NCBI GenBank assembly: GCA_043743165.1
Contig: JAYTXA010000012.1
Span: 66,357-130,356, forward strand
Source of the DNA: Acidobacteriota bacterium
GTDB lineage: Bacteria; Acidobacteriota; Vicinamibacteria; Vicinamibacterales; CAVVIG01
Reading direction: 5' to 3'
Length of the DNA stretch: 64,000 nt
The position numbers were made by a program, and so were the translations under genes. Under the pieces are notes generated by a model. That model had not been told where the DNA came from. It saw nothing but the letters and a program-made list of their open reading frames with translations, and ran no database searches. This document shows positions 17,812 to 27,329 of this stretch, in pieces; the first letter of the stretch is position 1, and each line of letters starts with the position of its first letter.

Positions 17812-18465
17812 CTATCCCGTCTTCTTCACCGAAATCGCGACCCCGTCCCTGAGCGGCACGATCGAGGTCAGAAGTTGCGGATGCGAGGCGAGTCGTTCGT
17901 TGTACTCGATGATGGCCCGCGTGTCGTCCGGGTTCTTCGCCGGCGAGCTCGTGAAGCCGGGCACCACCTCGCCGTCCCACAGTACGTTGTCGGTCACCAG
18001 CAGTCCGCCTGGGCGCAGGAGTGCCACCAGCGGATCGAGCAGCGTGTTGTAGAGCGGCTTGTGTCCGTCCTGGAAGATCAGGTCGAATGGTCCGGATACC
18101 TTGACGATCTTCAGTGCCGCGTCGCCCACCATGACGCTGACGCGGTCGCTCAGCCCGGCGCGCTCGAAGTTCGCCTTGGCGATGGCCGCGCGCACGGCGT
18201 CTTTCTCCATCGTGATGAGCATGCCGCCCTTTGGCAGCGCACCCGCGAGCCAGATGCCCGAGTAGCCGATGCAGGTCCCGATCTCGAGGATGCGTGTGGC
18301 GCCGACCGACAGCGCCAGCACGCGGAGCAGTGCACCCACTTCCGCGTCGACCAGCGGAAGGTGCGAGGCGTCGCCGTACTGGGCGATCGCATCCAGCACG
18401 GCATCGGGTGCGTGGTTGAGTCCGCTCAGGTAGCGTTCGATGAGGTCTGGAACGATCTGGCCCAT
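17812..18465 (-). CDS. class I SAM-dependent O-methyltransferase (family 3, caffeoyl-CoA OMT-like)
   Basis: 217 aa with SAM motif ILEIGTCIGYS. DLIFQDGHK and LLVTDNVLW are typical of the family. Confidence 0.85.
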   Translation of the reverse strand: MGQIVPDLIERYLSGLNHAPDAVLDAIAQYGDASHLPLVDAEVGALLRVLALSVGATRILEIGTCIGYSGIWLAGALPKGGMLITMEKDAVRAAIAKANFERAGLSDRVSVMVGDAALKIVKVSGPFDLIFQDGHKPLYNTLLDPLVALLRPGGLLVTDNVLWDGEVVPGFTSSPAKNPDDTRAIIEYNERLASHPQLLTSIVPLRDGVAISVKKTG

Positions 18466-18481
18466 AATGAAGAAAGTCTAC

Positions 18482-19891
18482 ATGCGCCAGACGAAGATCA
18501 TTGCGACCGTCGGCCCCGCCTCCGACACCGACGCTCTGCTCGACGCCCTCATCGCCGCTGGAACCGACATCGTCCGGCTCAATTTCTCGCACGGCACGCA
18601 TGCGTCGCACGCCGCGACGTTCGCCCGCGTGCGGGCGGCGGCGGAGCGCGCCCGTCGTGAGGTGGCCATCCTGCAGGACCTGGGAGGGCCGAAGATCCGC
18701 ACCGGGTTGCTGGAAGGTGGGCGACCCATCCGGCTCGAAGCGGGCGACGTGCTGCGAATTGTCACGGGTGACGAACTCGGACGTGCGGGGAGCATCTCGA
18801 CCGCGTTCGAGGGGCTGGCGCGCGGCGTGCAGCCTGGCGATCACCTGCTGCTGTCCGACGGCACCATCGAACTGCAGGTGATCGACTCGGACGGCTCGAC
18901 GATCCGGACGACCGTGATCGAGGGCGGCATGCTCGGCGAGCACAAGGGGATAAACGCCCCTGGCGTGGCGCTGCCCACCTCTGCCATCACGCTGAAGGAT
19001 GTCGACGATCTGCAGTTCGGGCTGTCACTCGGCGTCGATCTCGTGGCGCTCAGCTTCGTCCAGAGCGCCGACGACATGCGGCGGGCCCGCCAGATCGTGC
19101 GCGAGAACGACGGCGACGTGCCGCTCATCGCCAAGATCGAGCGGCCGCAGGCGCTCGAGAACCTCGATGAAATTCTCGATTGCTCCGACATGGTGATGAT
19201 TGCCCGCGGCGATCTCGGGCTCGAGATGCCGCTGCAGCGCGTGCCGCTGGCGCAGAAGACGATTACCCGCCGTGCCCGGGCGCGCAAGATTCCGGTGATT
19301 CTCGCGACGCAGGTGCTCGAGTCGATGACCATCGAAGGGCGCCCGACGCGGGCGGAGGTCAGCGACGCGGCCAATGCGGTGGAGGATGGCGTCGATGCCA
19401 TCATGCTCTCGGGGGAGACGGCCTCCGGCACCCACCCGGCCCGTGTGGTGCAGACTCTGGATGCCATCATTCGCGAGGCTGAGTCCGCGCTGACGCCGCA
19501 CCATCCACTCTCACGCCGCGCTGAGGACGGTGATCATGCGCAGGCGATCTGCGAGGCCGCGGTCGCGCTGGCGGAACGCGCGAATGCACGGGCGATCGTC
19601 GCCGTCACCCGCGGCGGCGGCACCGCACGCCGGCTGTCCGCGCTCCGGCCGCGCGTGCCGATCTTTGCTACGACCGACCGGCCGGATACGGCGCGGCGCC
19701 TGGCGCCGTTCTTCGGCGTCACGCCGATCTGCACCGAGATCGCCGAGAACGTAAGCGCCGCCGGGCTCCTCATCGGCCAGCAATTGGTGCGACGCACGCT
19801 GGTGGCGCCTGGCGACAGCGTGGTGCTCGTCAGCATCAATCCCGATCTGTCGCGGACGGACGCGAACTACCTCAAGATCCAGACGCTGTGA
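18482..19891 (+). CDS. pyk: pyruvate kinase
   Basis: Trimmed to ATG 18482 (MRQTKIIATVGPAS). RLNFSHG, MIARGDLG and the ATQVLESM motif. Confidence 0.92.
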   Translation: MRQTKIIATVGPASDTDALLDALIAAGTDIVRLNFSHGTHASHAATFARVRAAAERARREVAILQDLGGPKIRTGLLEGGRPIRLEAGDVLRIVTGDELGRAGSISTAFEGLARGVQPGDHLLLSDGTIELQVIDSDGSTIRTTVIEGGMLGEHKGINAPGVALPTSAITLKDVDDLQFGLSLGVDLVALSFVQSADDMRRARQIVRENDGDVPLIAKIERPQALENLDEILDCSDMVMIARGDLGLEMPLQRVPLAQKTITRRARARKIPVILATQVLESMTIEGRPTRAEVSDAANAVEDGVDAIMLSGETASGTHPARVVQTLDAIIREAESALTPHHPLSRRAEDGDHAQAICEAAVALAERANARAIVAVTRGGGTARRLSALRPRVPIFATTDRPDTARRLAPFFGVTPICTEIAENVSAAGLLIGQQLVRRTLVAPGDSVVLVSINPDLSRTDANYLKIQTL

Positions 19892-20952
19892 TGCCGGAGT
19901 ACGTCCTCACGCTGCTCGCCATCGTTGCGGCCTTCGCGGCGGCAGCGCTGGTCGTGGCCGTCGCCCATGCGGTTGTGCACCGCGCCCTCGACACCATGGA
20001 CGTGGTGTCTCCGGAGAGCCGCGCGGCGCTGCAGGCTCGCGCCGTCGGGTTGATGCGGGCCTTGCGCCTGCTGGCGTTCGGGGTGGCGGCCTTCGGCAGC
20101 GTGTCGTTCGGACTCGCGCGATTCGGCATTACTGAACAGACCTGGGATCCGAAGTCGCTCGTCCGGTGGCTGCTCACGCACGGCGTGAACCTCGTCGTCA
20201 TCGTGGCCGGCGCCGCCATCGTCATTCGCGCAGCAAACCTGGCCATCGCGCACCTGCAGCAGCGACTGTCGCACCGACACACGCAGGCCGACCTGGAATG
20301 GCAGCGCCGCGCCAGCACCCTTGGCGGCATCCTGACGAGCCTCGTCACCGTCACCGTGTGGTTCGTCTCGGTGCTGATGCTGCTGCGCGAGCTGTCGATC
20401 GACGTCCTGCCGATTCTCACCGGCGCCGGCATTGCCGGGCTCGCCATCGGCTTCGGTGCCCAGAACCTCGTGCGCGACGTCATCTCCGGCTTCTTCCTCA
20501 TTCTCGAAGACCAGGTGCGCATCGGCGACATCGCGCGCATCAACGGTGTCAGCGGCGTGGTGGAGCAGATCAACCTGCGCACAATGGTGCTGCGTGACGC
20601 CGAGGGGGCCGTGCAGGTGTTCCCGAACGGCACGGTGAATACGCTCGCCAACTTGAGCAAGCAGTTCGCGTACGCCGTGGTCGAGGTGAAGGTGCTCTAC
20701 AGCGAAAACCTCGACCGCGTGTTCAACACCATACGGGAGGTCGGCGCCTCCATGCAGGAAGACCCGAAGTGGACGCCGGTGCTGGTCGAGGCGATCGAGA
20801 TCCCGGGCGTGGTGTCGATCGCGGATGGCCACGCGACGGTGTTGGTGAAATTCAAGGCGTTGCCGCTGAACCAGGCGCGTGTGGCCAACGAGCTGCGCCG
20901 CCGGCTGCTCGGCGCCCTCGCGGGCCGCGGCATTCGGCCCTACGCAGGCTGA
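19891..20952 (+). CDS. MscS-family mechanosensitive channel
   Basis: About 353 aa with N-terminal TM helices and a GFGAQNLVRDVISGFFLILEDQVRIGD core. Start GTG 19888 or ATG 19891 overlaps the pyk stop. Confidence 0.85.
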   Translation: MPEYVLTLLAIVAAFAAAALVVAVAHAVVHRALDTMDVVSPESRAALQARAVGLMRALRLLAFGVAAFGSVSFGLARFGITEQTWDPKSLVRWLLTHGVNLVVIVAGAAIVIRAANLAIAHLQQRLSHRHTQADLEWQRRASTLGGILTSLVTVTVWFVSVLMLLRELSIDVLPILTGAGIAGLAIGFGAQNLVRDVISGFFLILEDQVRIGDIARINGVSGVVEQINLRTMVLRDAEGAVQVFPNGTVNTLANLSKQFAYAVVEVKVLYSENLDRVFNTIREVGASMQEDPKWTPVLVEAIEIPGVVSIADGHATVLVKFKALPLNQARVANELRRRLLGALAGRGIRPYAG

Positions 20953-20956
20953 GACG

Positions 20957-20995
20957 AATTTCCAATCTGCAATCTCCGATCTGCAATCTGAAATT
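20957..20995. repeat. AATCTGCAAT-type intergenic repeat
   Basis: ATCTGCAATCT at 20965-20975 and 20979-20989, flanked by inverted GAATTTC / GAAATTC. Same motif family as 55409-55512. Confidence 0.8.
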
Positions 20996-20999
20996 CCTT

Positions 21000-21638
21000 A
21001 TGGTGTCCCCGAACGACTATCACTTCCTCACGACCTGGCGTGTCGACGGGACCACCGGCGAAGTGGCCGACGTGCTGCGCGACCCGCTCGATCTGGTGCG
21101 CTGGTGGCCGGCGGTCTACCTGGGCGCGGAGGAACTCGACAGCCCAGACCTGCGTGGCCTCGGCCAGCGCGTGCGCCTGCACACCAGGGGGTGGCTGCCG
21201 TACACGCTGTGGTGGGAGTTCGTCGTCACCGAAAGCCGCTACCCGGAGCGCTTCGGTTTCGACGTGACGGGCGACTTCCGCGGACACGGCCTCTGGACGC
21301 TCGAGCAGGACGGAGCGCACGTCAACGCGACATTCGACTGGCGGATTCACGCGGAGAAGCCCTTGCTGCGCAGGCTGGCGCCGCTGCTGCGGCCGCTGCT
21401 CGAGGCGAATCATCGCTGGGCGATGGCCCAGGGCGAGCAGAGCCTGCGGCTGGAGCTGCTCCGGCGGAGGGCAGCCACGCCCGACGCACGGCGCAGCGTG
21501 CCGCCGCCACCCGGACCCATCACCTACGCGGCGGTGGGGATTCTGGCTGGTGCGGCGGTCATCGGCGGCAGCCTCGGCTGCCTCGTGCTCCGGCAGCGAC
21601 GACGGGCGAGAGCGCGCCGTAACGCGGCGGATGAATAG
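21000..21638 (+). CDS. SRPBCC (polyketide cyclase/START-like) family protein with C-terminal TM helix
   Basis: Trimmed to ATG 21000 (MVSPNDYHFLTTWRV). Pattern of the cyclase/dehydrase superfamily. C-terminal AAVGILAGAAVIGGSLGCLVL. Confidence 0.65.
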   Translation: MVSPNDYHFLTTWRVDGTTGEVADVLRDPLDLVRWWPAVYLGAEELDSPDLRGLGQRVRLHTRGWLPYTLWWEFVVTESRYPERFGFDVTGDFRGHGLWTLEQDGAHVNATFDWRIHAEKPLLRRLAPLLRPLLEANHRWAMAQGEQSLRLELLRRRAATPDARRSVPPPPGPITYAAVGILAGAAVIGGSLGCLVLRQRRRARARRNAADE

Positions 21639-21647
21639 GATTGTGGC

Positions 21648-21703
21648 GTAGCCGCAAACCTTCACGTTCGCCAGACCGGGCCGACCTGAAGGTTGGCAGC
21701 TAC
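21648..21703. repeat. REP-like element, inverted pair
   Basis: GTAGCCGCAAACCTTCACGTTCGCC, then AGACCGG, then GCCGACCTGAAGGTTGGCAGCTAC. Two copies of the GTAGC(C/T)GC..ACCTTCAGGT..GCC motif in inverted orientation, between convergent genes. Confidence 0.8.
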
Positions 21704-21717
21704 GTGCAGTTCGCGCG

Positions 21718-23367
21718 CTAGAAGTCGTCGACGCGCAGCACGATGTCCGCGTCGTTCCACGAGTCCTGCCAGCGGCGACGCACCACCAGCGTGTTCGGCA
21801 CGTCACCGTCCTGCGCGCGCAGTACCTGCCAGCGTCCCCACAGCGACCGGCCGTTCCCCGGATTCCGCTCGAGGTCCTCACGGAAAATCAGGTCGGATGC
21901 TTCGTAGCGTTTCAGCTTCAGCAGCGCTCCGCCGAGCGACTCGCGCGTCGGGTAGAACCAGTCGGGCGGCTCGTTGTAAGCGAGAGTGTCCTCGGCTTCA
22001 ATTGCCCGTTTCCACGCGGCCAGCATCGCCTCGGTCTGTCCCTTCGCCGCGGCGATGCGGGCGCTGAGCACGGCGTCCGTCACCGCGAGAATCGTTGACG
22101 CCGGGTTCAGGTTGTACAACGTGTCCGCCGGTACCATCGCCGCCGCGGCGAGGTAGGCGGCTCGCTCCTGCTCGGCCTCGGCGACCGCGCCAAGCGCGGC
22201 CTGCGCCGTGCCGCGCCCGAAATGATAGAGCGCCGTCAGAATCGTGGCGTGCTCCGCAGGCTTCGGCAGGGCAAGCAGCTCCTTCCACTTCGCGAAGCGC
22301 AGCTGCACGAACATCGTCTTGGCCGCGAAGGGCTCGAGCATCGGCATGTCGGCCAGCATCGGCGTGACGTTGGCCGTCAGCTCCTGTGCCGCGGCGAGCG
22401 CGATTTTGTACTGGCCGGCCATCATCGCGGCCGAGGCCAGGAAGTCGAGGTTGTGGTTGAAGTACATCGCCGGGTAGAACCCGGTCGCACTGTTGTCGGC
22501 GATGTACTTGCGGTCCACCTCGACGGCCTTCGCGTTCGCGGCGGCAGCAGCGACGTAGTTGCCGGTGCGCATGTAGGTGTGCGACGGCATGTGCACGAGG
22601 TGGCCGGCCGCCGGCACCAGCGTCTCGAGCTTCTTCGCGCTCTTCAATCCGCGTTCGGGTGTCAGCGACGCTTCGGTCGCGTGGATGTAGTAGTGGTTGG
22701 CGCCGACGTGGTCGGGCTCGCGCTCGAGCACGCGCTCGAGGACCTCGACGATCTCGTTCGTGCCGTCGACCGGGGCGCCGTCAGCGCTGTAGAGCGTCCA
22801 CGGCCGAAGGTCCATCAGGCTTTCGGCATACAGCGTGGCGGCGTGGGTGTCGTTCGGGTAGGTGCGCGTCAGCTGGCGCATCGCGTCCTTGTAATCCACC
22901 GCCAGCGCCTTGAGATTGGCGGCCGGATCGGCCGAGTAGCGCCGGGCGAGCGCGCTGACGTAGGCCCGTTCCTTGGCAGGGGCGCGGACCGCCAGCTGCA
23001 CCGCGCGCTGCACGGCCTCGTACGCTTCCTTCTCGCGCGCCGGGTCGACGTCGAGGTTGATGTTGGGACCAAGCGCCAGAGCGACGCCCCACCACGGCAT
23101 GGGCGATGCCGGGTCGATCTCGGCGGCACGCCGGAACGAGCGGATGGCCTCGTCGTGATTGAAGGCGTAAATCAGGGCCAATCCCTGATTGAAGAACTGC
23201 TGCGCCTCTTCCCGCCGAGTGGAAATGGGAAAGGTCACTCCCTGGATGCCGGGTATCAGCGTGGCTGGCCGCGAGTTCGCCGCCGGCATCGCGTGCTCCG
23301 GCGTCGCGGGTTGCTGCCCGGTCGTCCCGGCCAGCGCCACCGTCATCATCAGGGTGGTGAACAGCAT
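21718..23367 (-). CDS. secreted tetratricopeptide-repeat protein
   Basis: Trimmed to ATG 23367 (MLFTTLMMTVALAGTTG signal peptide). Helical A/Y/L-rich TPR-like repeats throughout. Confidence 0.7.
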   Translation of the reverse strand: MLFTTLMMTVALAGTTGQQPATPEHAMPAANSRPATLIPGIQGVTFPISTRREEAQQFFNQGLALIYAFNHDEAIRSFRRAAEIDPASPMPWWGVALALGPNINLDVDPAREKEAYEAVQRAVQLAVRAPAKERAYVSALARRYSADPAANLKALAVDYKDAMRQLTRTYPNDTHAATLYAESLMDLRPWTLYSADGAPVDGTNEIVEVLERVLEREPDHVGANHYYIHATEASLTPERGLKSAKKLETLVPAAGHLVHMPSHTYMRTGNYVAAAAANAKAVEVDRKYIADNSATGFYPAMYFNHNLDFLASAAMMAGQYKIALAAAQELTANVTPMLADMPMLEPFAAKTMFVQLRFAKWKELLALPKPAEHATILTALYHFGRGTAQAALGAVAEAEQERAAYLAAAAMVPADTLYNLNPASTILAVTDAVLSARIAAAKGQTEAMLAAWKRAIEAEDTLAYNEPPDWFYPTRESLGGALLKLKRYEASDLIFREDLERNPGNGRSLWGRWQVLRAQDGDVPNTLVVRRRWQDSWNDADIVLRVDDF

Positions 23368-23369
23368 CT

Positions 23370-23855
23370 TTACCTCTCCAGCAACATCTTCAGCACGCCG
23401 AGTGCCTGCTGCCACTGAGTGGTAGCGAGGCCGAGGTAGCGCTTCCAGCGCACGCCGTCGTCGAACCCGGTCATGACCACACGGACCAGCGTGGAGGCTC
23501 GGCCGTCGGGCGTCGCACTCGACGTGAACGTCATCTGGACCGAGAGCGGACCGAGCGGACCGGCGTCAGGCGGCAGCCAGAATGCATCGGCCAGGAAGAC
23601 GTGGTCGTTCGGCTCGATATGCATCACCGTTGCACGGAACACGCCGCCCATCCGACCGAGCACCTCGTCGCGCTCAGCCGACGGCGGCCACTCGAGTACG
23701 TACGGTCCGAGGAGGCGCGGGATCGCAATCGAACGCGACGTGTTGTGCCAGGCGCCGAGCGCCGGCGCATCGAAAAACGCCTGGAAGACGAGTTCCACGG
23801 GCGCGGTGATGTCGAGCGAGACATCGAGTTTCAGCGGTTGTTCCTTGACGGCCAT
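23370..23855 (-). CDS. SRPBCC/AHSA1-like domain protein
   Basis: Trimmed to ATG 23855 (MAVKEQPLKLDVSLDITAPVELVFQAF). Its stop lies 2 nt before the TPR gene start. Confidence 0.65.
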   Translation of the reverse strand: MAVKEQPLKLDVSLDITAPVELVFQAFFDAPALGAWHNTSRSIAIPRLLGPYVLEWPPSAERDEVLGRMGGVFRATVMHIEPNDHVFLADAFWLPPDAGPLGPLSVQMTFTSSATPDGRASTLVRVVMTGFDDGVRWKRYLGLATTQWQQALGVLKMLLER

Positions 23856-23946
23856 CGGTCTGTGCGGGCGGCCCCTGTGCGGGGCGAATCGTGTGCTTGC
23901 CGTGGAAAATCGGGATTCTAGCATTCTGCTAGAGTGACAAACGGTC

Positions 23947-24807
23947 ATGTCCCAGCAGCCGCTCGCCTACCTCTATCCAGAATTCCTCGAGAGCCCGGAT
24001 GGGCGCCCTATCCGTATTCTCGCCGAATACCTCGAACCGCTTCGCCGTTTCCGTGAGGCGCGGATTCAGGACACCGTGGTCTTCTTCGGCTCGGCGCGGG
24101 TCGATAGCCGCGAGCGGGCCGAGCGCGCGCTCAAGACGCTGCGGGCCAGGGGCGTCCCCGGAGCCGACCAGCACTACGAAGCCGAGCTGAAGAAGAGCCG
24201 CAAGGCGCTCGAGTGGGCGCGCTACTACGAGGAGGCACGCGAACTGTCGCGCATGCTGACGACCTGGAGCCGCACGTTGCAGTCCGACAACCACCGCTTC
24301 GTGGTCACTTCAGGCGGCGGTCCCGGCATCATGGAGGCAGCCAACCGTGGCGCCCGTGAAGCCGGCGGCAAGACCATCGGCCTCAACATCCGGCTGCCGT
24401 TCGAGCAGGGCGCCAACCCCTACATCACCGACGGACTCCACTTCGAATTCCACTACTTCTTCATGCGGAAGTTCTGGTTTGCCTACCTCGCGAAAGCGTT
24501 GGTCATCTTTCCGGGCGGCTTCGGCACTCTGGATGAGCTCTTCGAAGTGCTGACGCTGGTCCAGACCGACAAGCTCTCGAAGAAGATCGGCGTCATCCTC
24601 TACGGCCGGCAGTACTGGGACGAGATCCTGAACTTCGGTCCGATGTCCGAGTGGGGCGCCATCCACGAGCAGGATCTCGAATTGCTTCAGTACGCCGACA
24701 CGCCGGTGGAAGCGTTCGAGTCCTTGCGCAGCCACCTCATGGAGCACCACCTGCAGCCGACCGCGCAGGAAGCAGATGCGCCGGGTATCGCCCGCACCCG
24801 CGGCTGA
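23947..24807 (+). CDS. LOG-family (TIGR00730, lysine-decarboxylase-like) nucleotide phosphoribohydrolase
   Basis: 286 aa with GGGPGIMEAANRGA and PGGFGTLDELFE motifs. Confidence 0.85.
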   Translation: MSQQPLAYLYPEFLESPDGRPIRILAEYLEPLRRFREARIQDTVVFFGSARVDSRERAERALKTLRARGVPGADQHYEAELKKSRKALEWARYYEEARELSRMLTTWSRTLQSDNHRFVVTSGGGPGIMEAANRGAREAGGKTIGLNIRLPFEQGANPYITDGLHFEFHYFFMRKFWFAYLAKALVIFPGGFGTLDELFEVLTLVQTDKLSKKIGVILYGRQYWDEILNFGPMSEWGAIHEQDLELLQYADTPVEAFESLRSHLMEHHLQPTAQEADAPGIARTRG

Positions 24808-24822
24808 CCGACCGCAGTTGCC

Positions 24823-24847
24823 GTAGCCGCGAACCTTCAGGTTCGCC
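24823..24847. repeat. REP-like element, single copy
   Basis: GTAGCCGCGAACCTTCAGGTTCGCC contains the palindrome GCGAACCT-TC-AGGTTCGC. Lies 15 nt after a stop codon. Confidence 0.85.
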
Positions 24848-24863
24848 CTGGGAGACACCGCGC

Positions 24864-25352
24864 ATGGACCGCGAGACGCGACAGCAGCTCATCGACACGT
24901 ACAAGGAGGGCTACCGGGTCGTGGCCGACGCGCTGGCCGGCGCCAAGGAACATGAACTGGACACGGCGCCCGGAGAAGGGAAGTGGACGATTCGGGAAAT
25001 CGTCCATCACCTTGCCGACAGCGAGATGACCTCGGCGATTCGGCTGCGGCTGCTCATTGCCTCGGTCAATCCGCCGATCTCGGGCTACGACCAGGAAGCG
25101 TTCGCGCAGAAGCTCTACTACGCCGATCGGCCGATCGCGGCGTCGCTCGACGCATTCAATGCTGCGCGCCGGTCGACCGCCGAAATCCTCGATCGCCTCT
25201 CCGAGGCCGAATGGCTCCGCGAAGGGACGCACACCGAGCACGGCCGCTACAACGTGCACAAGTGGCTCGAGATCTACGCGTCGCATGCGCACGCGCATGC
25301 CCAGCAGATCATCGTGGCGCGCGACGCAGCGAAGAAGGCACGGCTCACGTAA
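24864..25352 (+). CDS. DinB-family (four-helix metalloenzyme-like) protein
   Basis: Trimmed to ATG 24864. WTIREIVHHLADSE and the C-terminal HAHAHAQQI histidines are typical of DinB/YfiT. Confidence 0.8.
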   Translation: MDRETRQQLIDTYKEGYRVVADALAGAKEHELDTAPGEGKWTIREIVHHLADSEMTSAIRLRLLIASVNPPISGYDQEAFAQKLYYADRPIAASLDAFNAARRSTAEILDRLSEAEWLREGTHTEHGRYNVHKWLEIYASHAHAHAQQIIVARDAAKKARLT

Positions 25353-25360
25353 CGACGGTC

Positions 25361-25385
25361 GTAGCCGCGAACCTTCAGGTTCGCC
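25361..25385. repeat. REP-like element, single copy
   Basis: 25-mer identical to 24823-24847. Sits between the DinB-family stop (25352) and the convergent stop (25388). Confidence 0.85.
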
Positions 25386-25387
25386 CG

Positions 25388-26551
25388 TCAGTAGATCAAA
25401 AACGGCTTCCGCAGTGCCATGAACGCTGACACGCTCGGTTCCCACGACCGGGCAATCTGCTCGGTGGCCACACCGGCTTCGAGCTGCTCGCGCGTGGCCG
25501 CAGTGCCGCAGAGGATGTCGAACGGCAGCAGCGTGTATTCGTACTCGTAGGGCGGCTGACGCCATGCGAAGGCGGACGGTCCGGCGTGCCTGAACGCCTC
25601 GGTGAGCAGCACGCCCGCCTGCACGGCGGGAAACACCGCGCGGTTCGTCACGTGAATCTGCACCCCGCCGCAACTGGTGGCGGCGTGCTTGTGGAAGGTC
25701 GGTTCGAACAGCGCCGGCCGGAAGTGCACGCCCGGCAGGTCGCGCGCATTCAGCGCGTCGGCGAATCGCTCGTCGGTCACCCACGGCGCACCGGCCAACT
25801 CGAACGGTCGCGTCGTGCCGCGCCCCTCCGAGACATTCGTCCCCTCGAACAGCACGGTGCCCGGATAGACGATGGCGGTGTCGAGCGTGGGCATGTTCGG
25901 CGACGGCATCACCCACGGCGCCCGCGCATCGTCGTGGTACATGCCTCGCGTCCACCCCGTCATCGTGAGCACCTCGAGGTTGGCGCCGATACCGAAGTGA
26001 TCGTTGAAGAGACGGGCGAGCTCGCCGATGGTCATGCCGTGACGCATCGGAATCGGATAGAGGCCGACGAACGACTCGAAGCCCTTCTCGAGCATCGGCC
26101 CTTCCACCTGTGTGCCGCCAATCGGGTTGGGGCGGTCGCACACGATCACCTTCACGCCGTCGCGCTTCGCGGCGGTCAGGCAGTAGGCCATCGTGTAGAT
26201 GTAGGTGTAGATGCGGGTGCCGACGTCCTGGAGGTCGATGACCAGCACGTCGATGCCAGCCATCATCTCCGGCGTCGGGATGCGCGTGTCGCTGTAGAGC
26301 GAGTAGACCGGCACACGGCGCCGCGTGTCCTCGGCGTGGCCGCTCTCGATCATGTTCTCCTGCACGTCCGAGCGGAACCCGTGCTGCGGTCCGAAGATGG
26401 TGGCCAGCGTCACGCCCGGCAGGGCAGCGATCCGGTCGGCAATGTGGCCGAAGCCGTGGTCGACCGACGCCGGGTTGCAGACCACGCCGACCCGCTTGCC
26501 CAGAAGGGCGGAAGAGGCCAGCAGACGTTCGGAGCCAAGAGCGATGGACAT
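25388..26551 (-). CDS. DUF1343 family protein (NamZ-like exo-N-acetylmuramidase family)
   Basis: 387 aa. N-terminal GKRVGVVCNPASV..IFGPQHGF and the rest of the sequence fit the DUF1343 pattern. Confidence 0.8.
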   Translation of the reverse strand: MSIALGSERLLASSALLGKRVGVVCNPASVDHGFGHIADRIAALPGVTLATIFGPQHGFRSDVQENMIESGHAEDTRRRVPVYSLYSDTRIPTPEMMAGIDVLVIDLQDVGTRIYTYIYTMAYCLTAAKRDGVKVIVCDRPNPIGGTQVEGPMLEKGFESFVGLYPIPMRHGMTIGELARLFNDHFGIGANLEVLTMTGWTRGMYHDDARAPWVMPSPNMPTLDTAIVYPGTVLFEGTNVSEGRGTTRPFELAGAPWVTDERFADALNARDLPGVHFRPALFEPTFHKHAATSCGGVQIHVTNRAVFPAVQAGVLLTEAFRHAGPSAFAWRQPPYEYEYTLLPFDILCGTAATREQLEAGVATEQIARSWEPSVSAFMALRKPFLIY

Positions 26552-26588
26552 GGCCTCCGATTATTCCCTACCTGCTACGATCGCCACC

Positions 26589-27035
26589 ATGCTGACACCC
26601 GAACTCCACGCAGACCTCCTGCGGTTCATGAAGTCGCACCGCTGGGCCGTCGAGGCCACCGCCACGCCAGACGCCAGGCCGCAGGCCGCCCTGGTCGGTT
26701 TCGCCGTCACCCCGCAGCTCGAGGTGGTGTTCGACACGCTGACCTCGACCCGGAAGGCCGCCAACCTGCGCGAGAACCCGCGCGTGGCGCTGGTCATCGG
26801 CGGTTGGACCGACGGCGAGATGCGTTCGTTGCAGTACGAAGGGGTGGCCGACTTTCCCGAGGGCGCCGAACTGGAGCGCCTGCAGGCCGACTACTTCGAC
26901 GCCTTCCCCGACGGCCCCAGCCGCCTGTCGTGGCCGGGCATCACCTACGTTCGCATTTCACCCACATGGATGCGGCTCAGCGACTTCAGCACGGTCCCTC
27001 CAACCATCGTCGAACTGACGATGGCCCACCACTGA
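26589..27035 (+). CDS. pyridoxamine 5'-phosphate oxidase-like FMN-binding family protein
   Basis: Start taken at ATG 26589 (alternative 26550). Split-barrel pattern with TSTRKAANLRENPRVALVIG. Confidence 0.65.
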   Translation: MLTPELHADLLRFMKSHRWAVEATATPDARPQAALVGFAVTPQLEVVFDTLTSTRKAANLRENPRVALVIGGWTDGEMRSLQYEGVADFPEGAELERLQADYFDAFPDGPSRLSWPGITYVRISPTWMRLSDFSTVPPTIVELTMAHH

Positions 27036-27038
27036 GCC

Positions 27039-27272
27039 GTGTCGGACCTGCCGCCGCTGCCGCACGCGCCGCTCGGGCGATACCGTCACTACAAAGGGAA
27101 CGACTACGAGCTGCTCGGCGTGGTCCGCCACAGCGAGACGCTCGAACCGCTGGTGCTCTACCGTCCGCTCTACAACGACTCCGGCCTGTGGGTGCGTCCC
27201 TACGCCATGTTCTTCGAGCAGGTCGACGTGAACGGCGTGCGCACGCCGCGGTTCGCGCCGATCTCGGCCTGA
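27039..27272 (+). CDS. DUF1653 domain protein
   Basis: 77 aa with GRYRHYKGNDYELLGVVRHSETLEPLVLYRPLY, characteristic of DUF1653. Confidence 0.8.
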   Translation: MSDLPPLPHAPLGRYRHYKGNDYELLGVVRHSETLEPLVLYRPLYNDSGLWVRPYAMFFEQVDVNGVRTPRFAPISA

Positions 27273-27329
27273 GCGGTGCGTGCGTCTGTGCGTGCACCAT
27301 CGGCTGCGCCTATACTGCGGCGCAGTCCG

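Noticed and set aside
26550-26588. Longer N-terminus (MASDYSLPATIAT) for the PNPOx-like protein.
   Set aside because: That ATG overlaps the divergent DUF1343 gene start codon and adds no recognisable domain sequence. The shorter start at 26589 was kept, with uncertainty noted.
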